From positions 1-11,420 of the forward strand of contig JBKJJJ010000026.1 of assembly GCA_046598045.1 (NCBI GenBank): 11,420 nucleotides of DNA, written 5' to 3'. The first letter of the stretch is position 1. Each line of letters starts with the position of its first letter. The position numbers and the translations under genes are program-made. The notes below the pieces were generated by a model, which was given only the letters and a program-made list of their open reading frames with translations, was not told where the DNA came from and did no database searches. The DNA comes from Candidatus Eiseniibacteriota bacterium. Its GTDB lineage: Bacteria; Eisenbacteria; RBG-16-71-46; DASYSL01. Of the stretch, positions 1-6,839 are shown piece by piece.

Positions 1-290
1 CCGGCGGTGGTCACGAGCGCGATGCGCGCGCCGCGGCGCGACAGCAGCGCGTTGGTCGCCACCGTGAAGCCGTGCGCGACGTCCCACGGGCGCGTCGCCG
101 CGACATCGACGCCGAGCGCCAGCAGGCGGCGCGCCGCGATCGCGAGGCCCTCGTGGAACGCGCGCGCGGGATCGTCGGGGGTCGAGGGCACCTTGAACAC
201 GATCGCGGTCCTGCCGCAGACCACGAGGAAGTCGGTGAACGTGCCGCCGGTGTCGATGCCGACTCGGACGGCGGGCGCGGCCGCTCTCAC
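1..290 (-). CDS. Hydantoinase A / 5-oxoprolinase family protein, N-terminal part (runs off left edge; absent from supplied ORF track)
   Basis: Manual translation from GTG at 290: MRAAAPAVRVGIDTGGTFTDFLVVCGRTAIVFKVPSTPDDPARAF...VAHGFTVATNALLSRRGARIALVTTAG. It contains the family motifs GIDTGGTFTD, KVPSTPDDP and HGxTVATNALL. The start overlaps the upstream stop as GTGA (287-290). Confidence 0.93.
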   Translation of the reverse strand, partial: MRAAAPAVRVGIDTGGTFTDFLVVCGRTAIVFKVPSTPDDPARAFHEGLAIAARRLLALGVDVAATRPWDVAHGFTVATNALLSRRGARIALVTTA

Positions 291-844
291 GGCGCCGACC
301 CCGGGTGCCGGTTGCGCGCGCGCTTGGCGAGGAACTGCGCGGCGCCGAGCGCGAGCACGAACAGGACCGCCGTGGCGTAGACCCAGGTCGGCAGGCGCAC
401 CGCGTGGCCGAACCACGCGAGCGCGAAGTAGTACGGGATGCATCCGAGCAGGATCGCGAGGCTGAACTTCCGGAGCGGGAATCCGCCCGCGGCCGCGACG
501 AGCCGCAGCGGGCCGGCGCCGAGCGGCGTGGCGTAGATCACGAACAGCGCCCAGAACGTCGCGTGGTGCGAGCCGGCGAGCGCCTCCTCGACCCGGTTGC
601 GCAGGCGCACGAGCCAGCCGGGGAGTCCGCTCCGCCGCGTCACGATCCAGCGCACGATGCCGTACTGCGCGATCGAGCCGAGCGTGGTGCCGAGCGCGCC
701 CACGAGCGCGGCGAACATCGGGTCGTGGCGCGAGCCGAAATACGCGACGTACACAGTCGACGCGAGCGGCAGGAACAGGGCGTCGACGAACAGGTAGAGG
801 AAGAAGAACCAGCCCTGGTCGAAGATCGGGGGGAACGGGCTCAC
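287..844 (-). CDS. DedA/VTT (SNARE-associated) family membrane protein
   Basis: 185-aa hydrophobic protein with DedA/VTT-like segments (D-ALFLPL, ALVGALGTTLGSIAQYGIVR, ATPLG...LVAAAGGFPLRKF...LLG). GTGA overlaps at both ends. Confidence 0.75.
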   Translation of the reverse strand: MSPFPPIFDQGWFFFLYLFVDALFLPLASTVYVAYFGSRHDPMFAALVGALGTTLGSIAQYGIVRWIVTRRSGLPGWLVRLRNRVEEALAGSHHATFWALFVIYATPLGAGPLRLVAAAGGFPLRKFSLAILLGCIPYYFALAWFGHAVRLPTWVYATAVLFVLALGAAQFLAKRARNRHPGSAP

Positions 845-3147
845 GCCGGCGCACCCGGGTCGAGCGCGAGCACCGCCTCGAGCGTCGCCGCCTCGAGTTG
901 CGGGACGCGCAGCACGACGACCGTCATGTCGTCCTCGAAGTCGTCCGTGCCGGCGAAGCGGCGCACGTCGTCCTTGATCGCGGCCGCGATCTCCTCCGCC
1001 GACAGCCCGCGGTCGAGGCCGCGCAGGAGGTCGATCAGGCGCGGCTCGTCGTAGAACTCGCCCCCGGGAGAGCGCGCCTCGGTCACGCCGTCGGTGTAGA
1101 GCACGAGGCGATCCCCGGGCTCGAGCCGGACCATGGCCTCCTCGAGCAAGGGCTCATCGAACACGCCGAGCAGCAGGCCGCCGCGCGAGAGCTCCTCGAT
1201 TTTGCCCTCGGCGCGCATCAGGAGCGGCGGGTTGTGCCCGGCGTTCGTGTAACGCAGCTCGAGCGTCTCCCGGTCGAGGCGCCCGAGAAAGCAGGTCGCG
1301 AACATGCCCGACTCCCCACGCGCGAGCATCAGCCGGTTGATGCGCTCGAGCATGTCGTTCGCCGAGCGGCCCTCCCCCGCCTGGGTGCGGAGCGAGGCCT
1401 GCATCATGCTCATGACCAGCGCCGCCGGCACGCCCTTGCCCGAGACGTCGGCGATCGCGGCGAGGATGCCGCCGTCGACCGCGACCACGTCGAAGTAGTC
1501 GCCGCCGACCTGCTTCGAGGACTGGTTCGTGCCGAACACCTCGAGGTTGTCCCAGCGCGGAAACGAGGTCGGCAGGTAGCGGGACTGGATCTGGCGCGCG
1601 AGCGAGAGCTCCTCCTCGAGCGCGACGCGGCGCACGCTCTCGGCGTAGAGCGAGGCCGTGCGGATCGCGGCGCCGGTCTGGTTCGCGAGCGTCTCGAGCA
1701 GCGTCAGGTCCTCGCGCGAGAAACGCGCGCCCGTGAGCTTGGGCCCGAGCAGCATCGCGCCCAGTGCGTCGTCCCGGTGACGCACCGGCACGACCAGCAC
1801 GTAGCCCTGCCAGTGCGCGCCCTCGACGAAGCGCGCGGCGTCCTCGGCGGACTCCGGCGGGCAGCCGTCGACGATCTGCGTGCACAGGAGCGGTGTCGGC
1901 CCGAGCGCCTCGGGCGGCAGCACCCGGGCGAGCGCGGGCAGCGCGGGGTCGGTGCCGCCAGCGGCGTGCGGCGCGCGCTCGAACGTGGCGACGGGCGCGA
2001 AGCGATCATCGGCGCGCGTCAGCAGCGTCACGCGTTCGAGCAGCAGCGACTCGCCGACCGCGGAGGTCAGCCGCCCGCCGAGCGTCACGAGGTCGAGCTC
2101 GGTCACGATGTCGCGCGAGAGGTTCTGGATCACGGTGCGTCCCTCGCGCCGATCGCGTGACAGGAAGCCCTCGACCAGCTCCTCGACGCGCGCGACCGCG
2201 GGCGAGAGCGTCGAGACCAGCACCAGGAGGAGCAACGGCTGGATCAGCAGCGGATCGATCCCCGACCATGTCGCCGTGTACTTGCTGACCACCGATGACA
2301 GCCCGAGGTACGCGAGGATCAACGCGAGCGCGGGCAGGAGGAACAGGATGCTGCGCCTGACCAGGAAGCCTGTGTCGAGGAAGCGGTAGCGGACGATCGC
2401 GTACGCGATCCCGCCGGAGCCGACGGCGAGCGCCACGACCAGCAGCGCCGAGCGGATCGTCTGCCCGCTCTGCGCGCCCACGCCGAACACCGCGGGCAGC
2501 GGGACCGCCAGCGAGTACAGGACGAGGCACGCACCGAGCCCGATCGAGATCGCGCGCAGCTGGTCCCTCAGGCGCGGGCTCGTGACCTCGCGCAGGCGCA
2601 GGCCGAGGACGATCAGGGTCACCACCACGTACGCGAGGTTGACCAGCGAGAACAGGACTGTGTGCGCGTCGTAGAGCAGGCCGAGCGCGACCCGCAGCGT
2701 TCCGAGCACGGGCGAGGCCCAGCCCGAGCGCGCGGCCACGTCCGGGATCCAGAACGTCTCGTTGGTCAGGCGCGCGGCCCAGGTCAGCAGCAGGTGGAAC
2801 AGGTAGGGCGTGAAGACCAGCACTTCGAACAGCGGCACGCGGCGGAACCAGCGCGGCTCGCGCGGGAACACGAGCACGAACAGGAGGAGCGCCGGGAAGA
2901 AGAACTCCCAGAGATAGGAGAAGTACTGGACCGCGTCGGCGGCGACCACGACGCCATTGCCTTGGTGCGCGCCCGCGGAGAGCGAGAGCCCGACCAGCAG
3001 CGCGCCCAGGCCGCCGAAGGTGAGCATGAGGGCCGCCCAGCGATTGGCACGCTGGCGCGGGTCTTCGCGAAAGATCGCGATGCCGAGCAGGATGATGAGG
3101 GCGCCGAGCGAGACGCACAGCGTGGCGCCCCAGAGTGCCAACGGCAT
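841..3147 (-). CDS. Membrane sensor PP2C/SpoIIE (RsbU-like) Ser/Thr phosphatase: multi-TM N-terminus, GAF domain, SpoIIE domain
   Basis: The C-terminus has the PP2C motifs VGGDYFD, IADVSGKGVPAAL, YTNAGHNPP, LYTDGVTEA and DDMT. A GAF-type segment (LVVPV...LGAMLLG...FSREDLTLLETLANQ) precedes the LEEELSLARQIQ coupling helix. The N-terminal ~320 aa has about 8-9 hydrophobic helices. GGAGG lies upstream of the ATG. Confidence 0.92.
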   Translation of the reverse strand: MPLALWGATLCVSLGALIILLGIAIFREDPRQRANRWAALMLTFGGLGALLVGLSLSAGAHQGNGVVVAADAVQYFSYLWEFFFPALLLFVLVFPREPRWFRRVPLFEVLVFTPYLFHLLLTWAARLTNETFWIPDVAARSGWASPVLGTLRVALGLLYDAHTVLFSLVNLAYVVVTLIVLGLRLREVTSPRLRDQLRAISIGLGACLVLYSLAVPLPAVFGVGAQSGQTIRSALLVVALAVGSGGIAYAIVRYRFLDTGFLVRRSILFLLPALALILAYLGLSSVVSKYTATWSGIDPLLIQPLLLLVLVSTLSPAVARVEELVEGFLSRDRREGRTVIQNLSRDIVTELDLVTLGGRLTSAVGESLLLERVTLLTRADDRFAPVATFERAPHAAGGTDPALPALARVLPPEALGPTPLLCTQIVDGCPPESAEDAARFVEGAHWQGYVLVVPVRHRDDALGAMLLGPKLTGARFSREDLTLLETLANQTGAAIRTASLYAESVRRVALEEELSLARQIQSRYLPTSFPRWDNLEVFGTNQSSKQVGGDYFDVVAVDGGILAAIADVSGKGVPAALVMSMMQASLRTQAGEGRSANDMLERINRLMLARGESGMFATCFLGRLDRETLELRYTNAGHNPPLLMRAEGKIEELSRGGLLLGVFDEPLLEEAMVRLEPGDRLVLYTDGVTEARSPGGEFYDEPRLIDLLRGLDRGLSAEEIAAAIKDDVRRFAGTDDFEDDMTVVVLRVPQLEAATLEAVLALDPGAPA

Positions 3148-3192
3148 GGCGGGGTGATCCTCCGGCGTCGGGTCTTTGAAACCAGTTCTGAA

Positions 3193-4473
3193 CTACTGCG
3201 GGGATGTGGGCGCGGCCGGAGGCTCGGTGGACACGACGGGCCCCACGACCGGCGACACGCGCGCTCCCCACGGGACCCGGATCGGATCCACCTGGCCCGC
3301 GCGGGCGCGGAGCAAGCCGCCGAACCCCGCGAGCAACGCCAGGGCCTGGATCGTGAACCCGACGAACGTGAGCAGGCCCCCGAGCAGGGCGGCCGGCGGG
3401 ATCATGATGCCCATCGCCCGGAACATCGGGCCGATGAGATTCAGGACGCCCATGGCCGCGATCCCGATGACGGTACTGCGCATCAGGGTCGGCTCCCCCA
3501 GGCGCGGGGTGAGTCGCCGGACGAGCCAGCCGCCGAGTGCCGTGGCGCCGAGCACGCCCCCCCACAGGAGCAGTACCAGGACGGCCACACAATAGCCCAA
3601 AAGCACGATGGCGGCCACGGGGATGCCGATGATGGTGACCACGAGCAGAACCGCGACCAGGGCGATCACGAACGCGGCCGGGGCGAGCGCGAGCAGGCCG
3701 AGGAGGCCCCAGCCCATCGCGGCGAGGGGCTTGCGCTCGATCTCCGCCAGCACGCGGCGCGAGCGCGTGGTCGAGAGTTGGATCACGACCCAGCCGATGA
3801 ACAACCAGAACAGGAGGTTCGTGAGCGCCGTGAGGAACTTCACGCCGCTGCCGACCAGCGCCATCGTGCGGAAGTCGAAGAGACGCTTCGGCAGCCCGCC
3901 CACGGTCACGTTCGATCCCAGGATGGTGGCCGTCGGGGCCTTGTGCACCAGGCCGCCGAGGCTGACCACGTCCCCGCGCACGGTTGCACCGTCCTCGAGC
4001 GTGACGTCGCCGCCCATCGCGACCACGTCGTCGTCGACCATGCCGCGGATCGTGATGTTGCCGCCCATCGCGAACACGTGGCCGAGCACGTGCTCGCCGC
4101 GTTCGACCACGACGTCCTCGCCGACCTGCACGACGTCGTTGTCGCCGGCATGCATCCGGCGGCGAAACGCCCGGGTCTGCGGATCGTCGGCGTCGCGGAT
4201 CGCGTGCGGCGCCTGGGGCGCGTCCGGCAACGCGGGCGGCGCGGGCGCCCCCGGCAACGCGGGCGCGGCCGGCGCGGGAACCGCGTGGCTGCCGCCGATG
4301 AAATCGCGATGGACCGAGTCGGCGGAAACGCCGGGCAGCTCGGTCTCCTGCGCCTGCGCGCCGCCGCCCGGGCCGATCGTGGCCATCAGCACGACGACGA
4401 GCGCGAACGAGAACGCACAGGCCACCGCATAGGCCTTGAGCAACGCGGAACGAACCCGTGCCTTGGAGTTCAC
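3193..4473 (-). CDS. Membrane protein with exported bactofilin-like (polymer-forming cytoskeletal) beta-repeat domain and C-terminal multi-TM region
   Basis: Signal-like N-terminus (…AQAQ) and a Pro/Ala linker. Repeats GHVFAMGGNITIRG / DDVVAMGGDVTLEDGATVRGDVVSLGG are followed by about 5 TM helices. RBS AAGGAG precedes the GTG, which overlaps the upstream stop (GTGA). Confidence 0.75.
   Translation of the reverse strand: MNSKARVRSALLKAYAVACAFSFALVVVLMATIGPGGGAQAQETELPGVSADSVHRDFIGGSHAVPAPAAPALPGAPAPPALPDAPQAPHAIRDADDPQTRAFRRRMHAGDNDVVQVGEDVVVERGEHVLGHVFAMGGNITIRGMVDDDVVAMGGDVTLEDGATVRGDVVSLGGLVHKAPTATILGSNVTVGGLPKRLFDFRTMALVGSGVKFLTALTNLLFWLFIGWVVIQLSTTRSRRVLAEIERKPLAAMGWGLLGLLALAPAAFVIALVAVLLVVTIIGIPVAAIVLLGYCVAVLVLLLWGGVLGATALGGWLVRRLTPRLGEPTLMRSTVIGIAAMGVLNLIGPMFRAMGIMIPPAALLGGLLTFVGFTIQALALLAGFGGLLRARAGQVDPIRVPWGARVSPVVGPVVSTEPPAAPTSPQ
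4224..4265. repeat. Intragenic direct repeat CCGGCAACGCGGGCG x2 (27-bp period) encoding the PALP linker repeats
   Basis: Copies at 4224-4238 and 4251-4265; the protein reads PALPGAPAPPALPDAP. Confidence 0.7.
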
Positions 4474-5603
4474 GGCTTGTCTCCTTGCAGTGGCGCGGCC
4501 GCGGTGGCGGTGCGGGACGAGAGGCGGATGTTCCCGGACGAGGTCCGGATCAGCGTCTGTCCCCCGCCGCCGAGGGTGCCCGTGAAGTGGTTGCGGGTCA
4601 TCGTGCCGATCTGGATTGCGTTCGCGATCTTCATGGCGCCCGTGGCGGTCTGCACGTCGAGCGCCCCGCCCGATCCCTTCGGCAGCGCGAATTCGACCGT
4701 GCCCGACGACGACTTGAGAGCGACGTAGGAGGCGGGCGCGGAGATCTCGAGGTCCTGGTCGCCCGAGGAGGTCTCGACCACCATCGAGTCGGCACGCGCG
4801 CGCACGGTGACGTCGCCGGCGCTGGTCGAGACCACCACGTTGCCGTCGCCGTCGACTACGTCGGCGTCGCCGGTCGAGGTCTCGACCGCGATGCGGCCGC
4901 GCGCCCGGTGGATCGTGACGTCACCGCTGGTCGCGCGCACTGCGAGCGCGCCCACCAGGTCCGCGATGTCGACGTCGCCCGCCGTCGTGCGCACCGTGAC
5001 CGGCTGCCGCACGCGCTGGATGCTGACATCCCCCGCCGTCGACTGCACGCGGAGCGATCCGCCATCGAGATCCGAGATCGTGGCGTCGCCGCTCGAGAGG
5101 TCGAGCACGAGGTCCTGCTTGAGATCGCGCGCGTCGACGTCGCCGCGCTCGGTCGTGAACGACACCGGGCGCCCCGCCGGGACGGCGATCGTGACCTCGA
5201 TCTCGACGCGCCGGCGCATGCGCCACGGGCCGGCTTCGACCGAGACGTGGCTCGTGCCGCGCTCGGGCTCGCGCACGCGCAGCACCAGTTCGTTGCCCGA
5301 GCGCTCGACCGTGACCTTGATCTGCTTCCACAGGGCGTCGATCGAGCGCTCGGAGAGGGACTGGACGCGCTTGACGGTGAGCACGCGGATGGTGTCGTCG
5401 GGGCTCGGGACGAGGTGGATGTCGGCGGTGCGGGTCTCGATGCGCAGGGAGGTCTGGGGCGCGAGCGGCAGGGCGCTCGCGATCCGGTCCTCGCGCACGT
5501 GGCTGTCCCGGCTCTCGCCGCACCCGGCAGCCAGGCATGCCAGGCCGGCCAGGAGGATCAGCCCGGCGGGCAGGGCAAGGGCGGTCGAGCGGTTGCGGTT
5601 CAT
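4470..5603 (-). CDS. DUF4097-like (putative adhesin / Toastrack) beta-strand repeat lipoprotein
   Basis: The true start is likely the ATG at 5603 (GGAGG upstream), not 5729, which overlaps yajQ. MNRNRSTALALPAGLILLAGLACLAAG-C is a lipoprotein signal. Many T/S-x-x-GD-V/I repeats follow (TTERGDV, LSSGDA, STAGDV, TTAGDV, ATSGDV, TSTGDA, TSSGNI). Confidence 0.85.
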   Translation of the reverse strand: MNRNRSTALALPAGLILLAGLACLAAGCGESRDSHVREDRIASALPLAPQTSLRIETRTADIHLVPSPDDTIRVLTVKRVQSLSERSIDALWKQIKVTVERSGNELVLRVREPERGTSHVSVEAGPWRMRRRVEIEVTIAVPAGRPVSFTTERGDVDARDLKQDLVLDLSSGDATISDLDGGSLRVQSTAGDVSIQRVRQPVTVRTTAGDVDIADLVGALAVRATSGDVTIHRARGRIAVETSTGDADVVDGDGNVVVSTSAGDVTVRARADSMVVETSSGDQDLEISAPASYVALKSSSGTVEFALPKGSGGALDVQTATGAMKIANAIQIGTMTRNHFTGTLGGGGQTLIRTSSGNIRLSSRTATAAAPLQGDKP

Positions 5604-5644
5604 GGCGGAGCCTCCGGGTCTGGGTCGGGTCGCGTACGGGTCCC

Positions 5645-5672
5645 TTACGCCCTTGGCGGGCCCGGGGTTGCC
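5645..5672 (-). promoter_or_regulatory. Putative ECF sigma-factor promoter (GGCAAC-N17-CGTAA)
   Basis: The minus strand reads GGCAAC cccgggcccgccaaggg CGTAA, which is the AAC/CGT signature and spacing typical of ECF promoters. It lies about 40 nt upstream of the lipoprotein start, in the 89-bp intergenic gap. Confidence 0.6.
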
Positions 5673-5692
5673 TCGACGGGGCCGTTCCCCGG

Positions 5693-6184
5693 TCAGCGGA
5701 AGTTCGTGAACTGCAGCGCCCGGGGCCAATCCGCGGCCTTCACGGCGGCGATGACGGCCTGGAGGTCGTCCTTCTTCTTGCCCGTGACCCGCAACTGGTC
5801 GCCCTGGATCGTGGTCTGGACCTTGACCGGGAGGGCCTTGATGAACTTCGCGAGGTCCTTCGCCAGTTCGCTCTCGAGCCCGTTGCTGAACGTCAGCGTC
5901 TGGCGGAGCGTCATCTTCGCGGCCGCCTCGGGCGTGCTCGCCTCGATGCCCTTGAGCGAGACGCCGCGCTTGGTGAGCTTGGAATCGAGCACGTCCCGCA
6001 CGGCATCGAGCTTGGGCTCCGAGTCGCCGATGAGCACGATCTTGTCCTTGCCCTCCTGGCGAATCTCGGCGGCCGTGCCCTTGAAGTCGAACCGACTGCC
6101 GATCTCCTTGACCGCCTGCTGGACGGCGTTCTGCACTTCCATCCAGTTGACTTCGGAAACGATGTCGAACGACGGGTCGGCCAT
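5693..6184 (-). CDS. yajQ: YajQ family nucleotide / cyclic di-GMP-binding protein
   Basis: 163 aa with PSFDIVSEV, EVQNAVQQAVKEIGSRFDFKG and KVQTTIQGDQLRVTGKKKDDLQAVIA...LQFTNFR, all hallmark YajQ motifs. Confidence 0.97.
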   Translation of the reverse strand: MADPSFDIVSEVNWMEVQNAVQQAVKEIGSRFDFKGTAAEIRQEGKDKIVLIGDSEPKLDAVRDVLDSKLTKRGVSLKGIEASTPEAAAKMTLRQTLTFSNGLESELAKDLAKFIKALPVKVQTTIQGDQLRVTGKKKDDLQAVIAAVKAADWPRALQFTNFR

Positions 6185-6215
6185 GGGGTTCGGCTTTCGC
6201 GGGAGTTCAGGGGGG

Positions 6216-6244
6216 AAAGGAAAGAGGGCCCTTGCGAGCCCTCT
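6216..6244 (-). terminator. Probable intrinsic terminator downstream of the small lipoprotein gene
   Basis: Minus strand AGAGGGCTC-GCAA-GGGCCCTCT (9-bp stem with one G-U pair, GNRA loop), followed by the pyrimidine tail TTCCTTT. Confidence 0.7.
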
Positions 6245-6282
6245 CCCTCGCTACTTCGCAGCGGCGCGGAGCGCGCGCGCGA

Positions 6283-6468
6283 TTACATGTGCGACGTGGT
6301 ATCAGTGGCGCCGCCCATGGTCGTATCCGGAGCCGTAGTGGTCTCCGTCGTCGTGGTGGTCGTGGTGGTCGATCCCTCAGGGGTGGCCGTCTCTTCCTTC
6401 TTGGCGCAACCCGAGATCAACATGCCAGCAACAAGGGCCAGCGACGAAAGCGCGATAAGCTTCCGCAT
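6283..6468 (-). CDS. Small Thr-rich lipoprotein (61 aa), unknown function
   Basis: MRK, a hydrophobic core and lipobox ISG-C21. A very long SD match TAAGGAGGTGA (6478-6488) lies 9 nt before the ATG, and a terminator follows the gene. Confidence 0.88.
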   Translation of the reverse strand: MRKLIALSSLALVAGMLISGCAKKEETATPEGSTTTTTTTTETTTAPDTTMGGATDTTSHM

Positions 6469-6710
6469 CCTCTGCGTTCACCTCCTTAGGAGCGTGACCT
6501 CGCCGGAGCGCGATCACGTCGAAATTGGATCAGCCGTCCCGAAGCCTGCCTCCGGAGGAGGCTTTGGGGTCGCTGCGGGCCGCCAGCGCCATGCGAAAAG
6601 CACCACTCTGTTAGCGGTGCCTCGAAGGTGCGTCAACGCTGGGCTGCGGGCCGCTGTGCCGGCAAGCGCGAGGTGCAGTGCGAGGTGGGCCTGCCGTGCG
6701 ACAATCGGGG

Positions 6711-6742
6711 CGAAACGTACGTTTCGTGGGAGGGGGTGTCAA
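6711..6742 (-). promoter_or_regulatory. Sigma70-type promoter TTGACA-N17-TACGTT with a perfect 16-bp palindrome (candidate operator) over the -10
   Basis: -35 TTGACA is the complement of 6737-6742, followed by a 17-nt spacer and -10 TACGTT (6714-6719). The palindrome CGAAACGTACGTTTCG spans 6711-6726. Confidence 0.7.
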
Positions 6743-6839
6743 GGGCTTTGTCGCCCCCCGCGCCCCCGCGCCGGCCCAATCCGTCCGCTATCCCGCACCA
6801 ATTCGCAAGGCTTAACCATTGCCTTGCATGGTTTTACGC

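Noticed and set aside
5604..5729. 42-aa N-terminal extension of the DUF4097 ORF given by the ORF track
   Set aside because: It overlaps the yajQ 3' end and the ECF-like promoter. The ATG at 5603 has an SD and begins a clean lipoprotein signal.
6216..6468. Thr-run ORF plus terminator as a thr-type attenuator leader peptide
   Set aside because: The ORF has a full lipoprotein signal, the Thr run is about 100 nt from the hairpin, no antiterminator is evident, and the downstream gene is yajQ rather than threonine biosynthesis.
6531..6575. c-di-GMP-I riboswitch (GACCCCAAAGCCTCC resembles GACGCAAAGCCUCC, and yajQ is nearby) or SRP RNA (CCGGAGGAGGC)
   Set aside because: It lacks the GGCAAA/GNRA-loop P2 of c-di-GMP-I and the CAGG...AGCAG internal loop of SRP. 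The resemblance is only local; cmscan would settle it.
6598..6726. CIRCE element or canonical LexA box
   Set aside because: The 6598-6622 IR does not match TTAGCACTC-N9-GAGTGCTAA, and the 6711 palindrome has GAAAC rather than GAAC half-sites around the 4-nt core.
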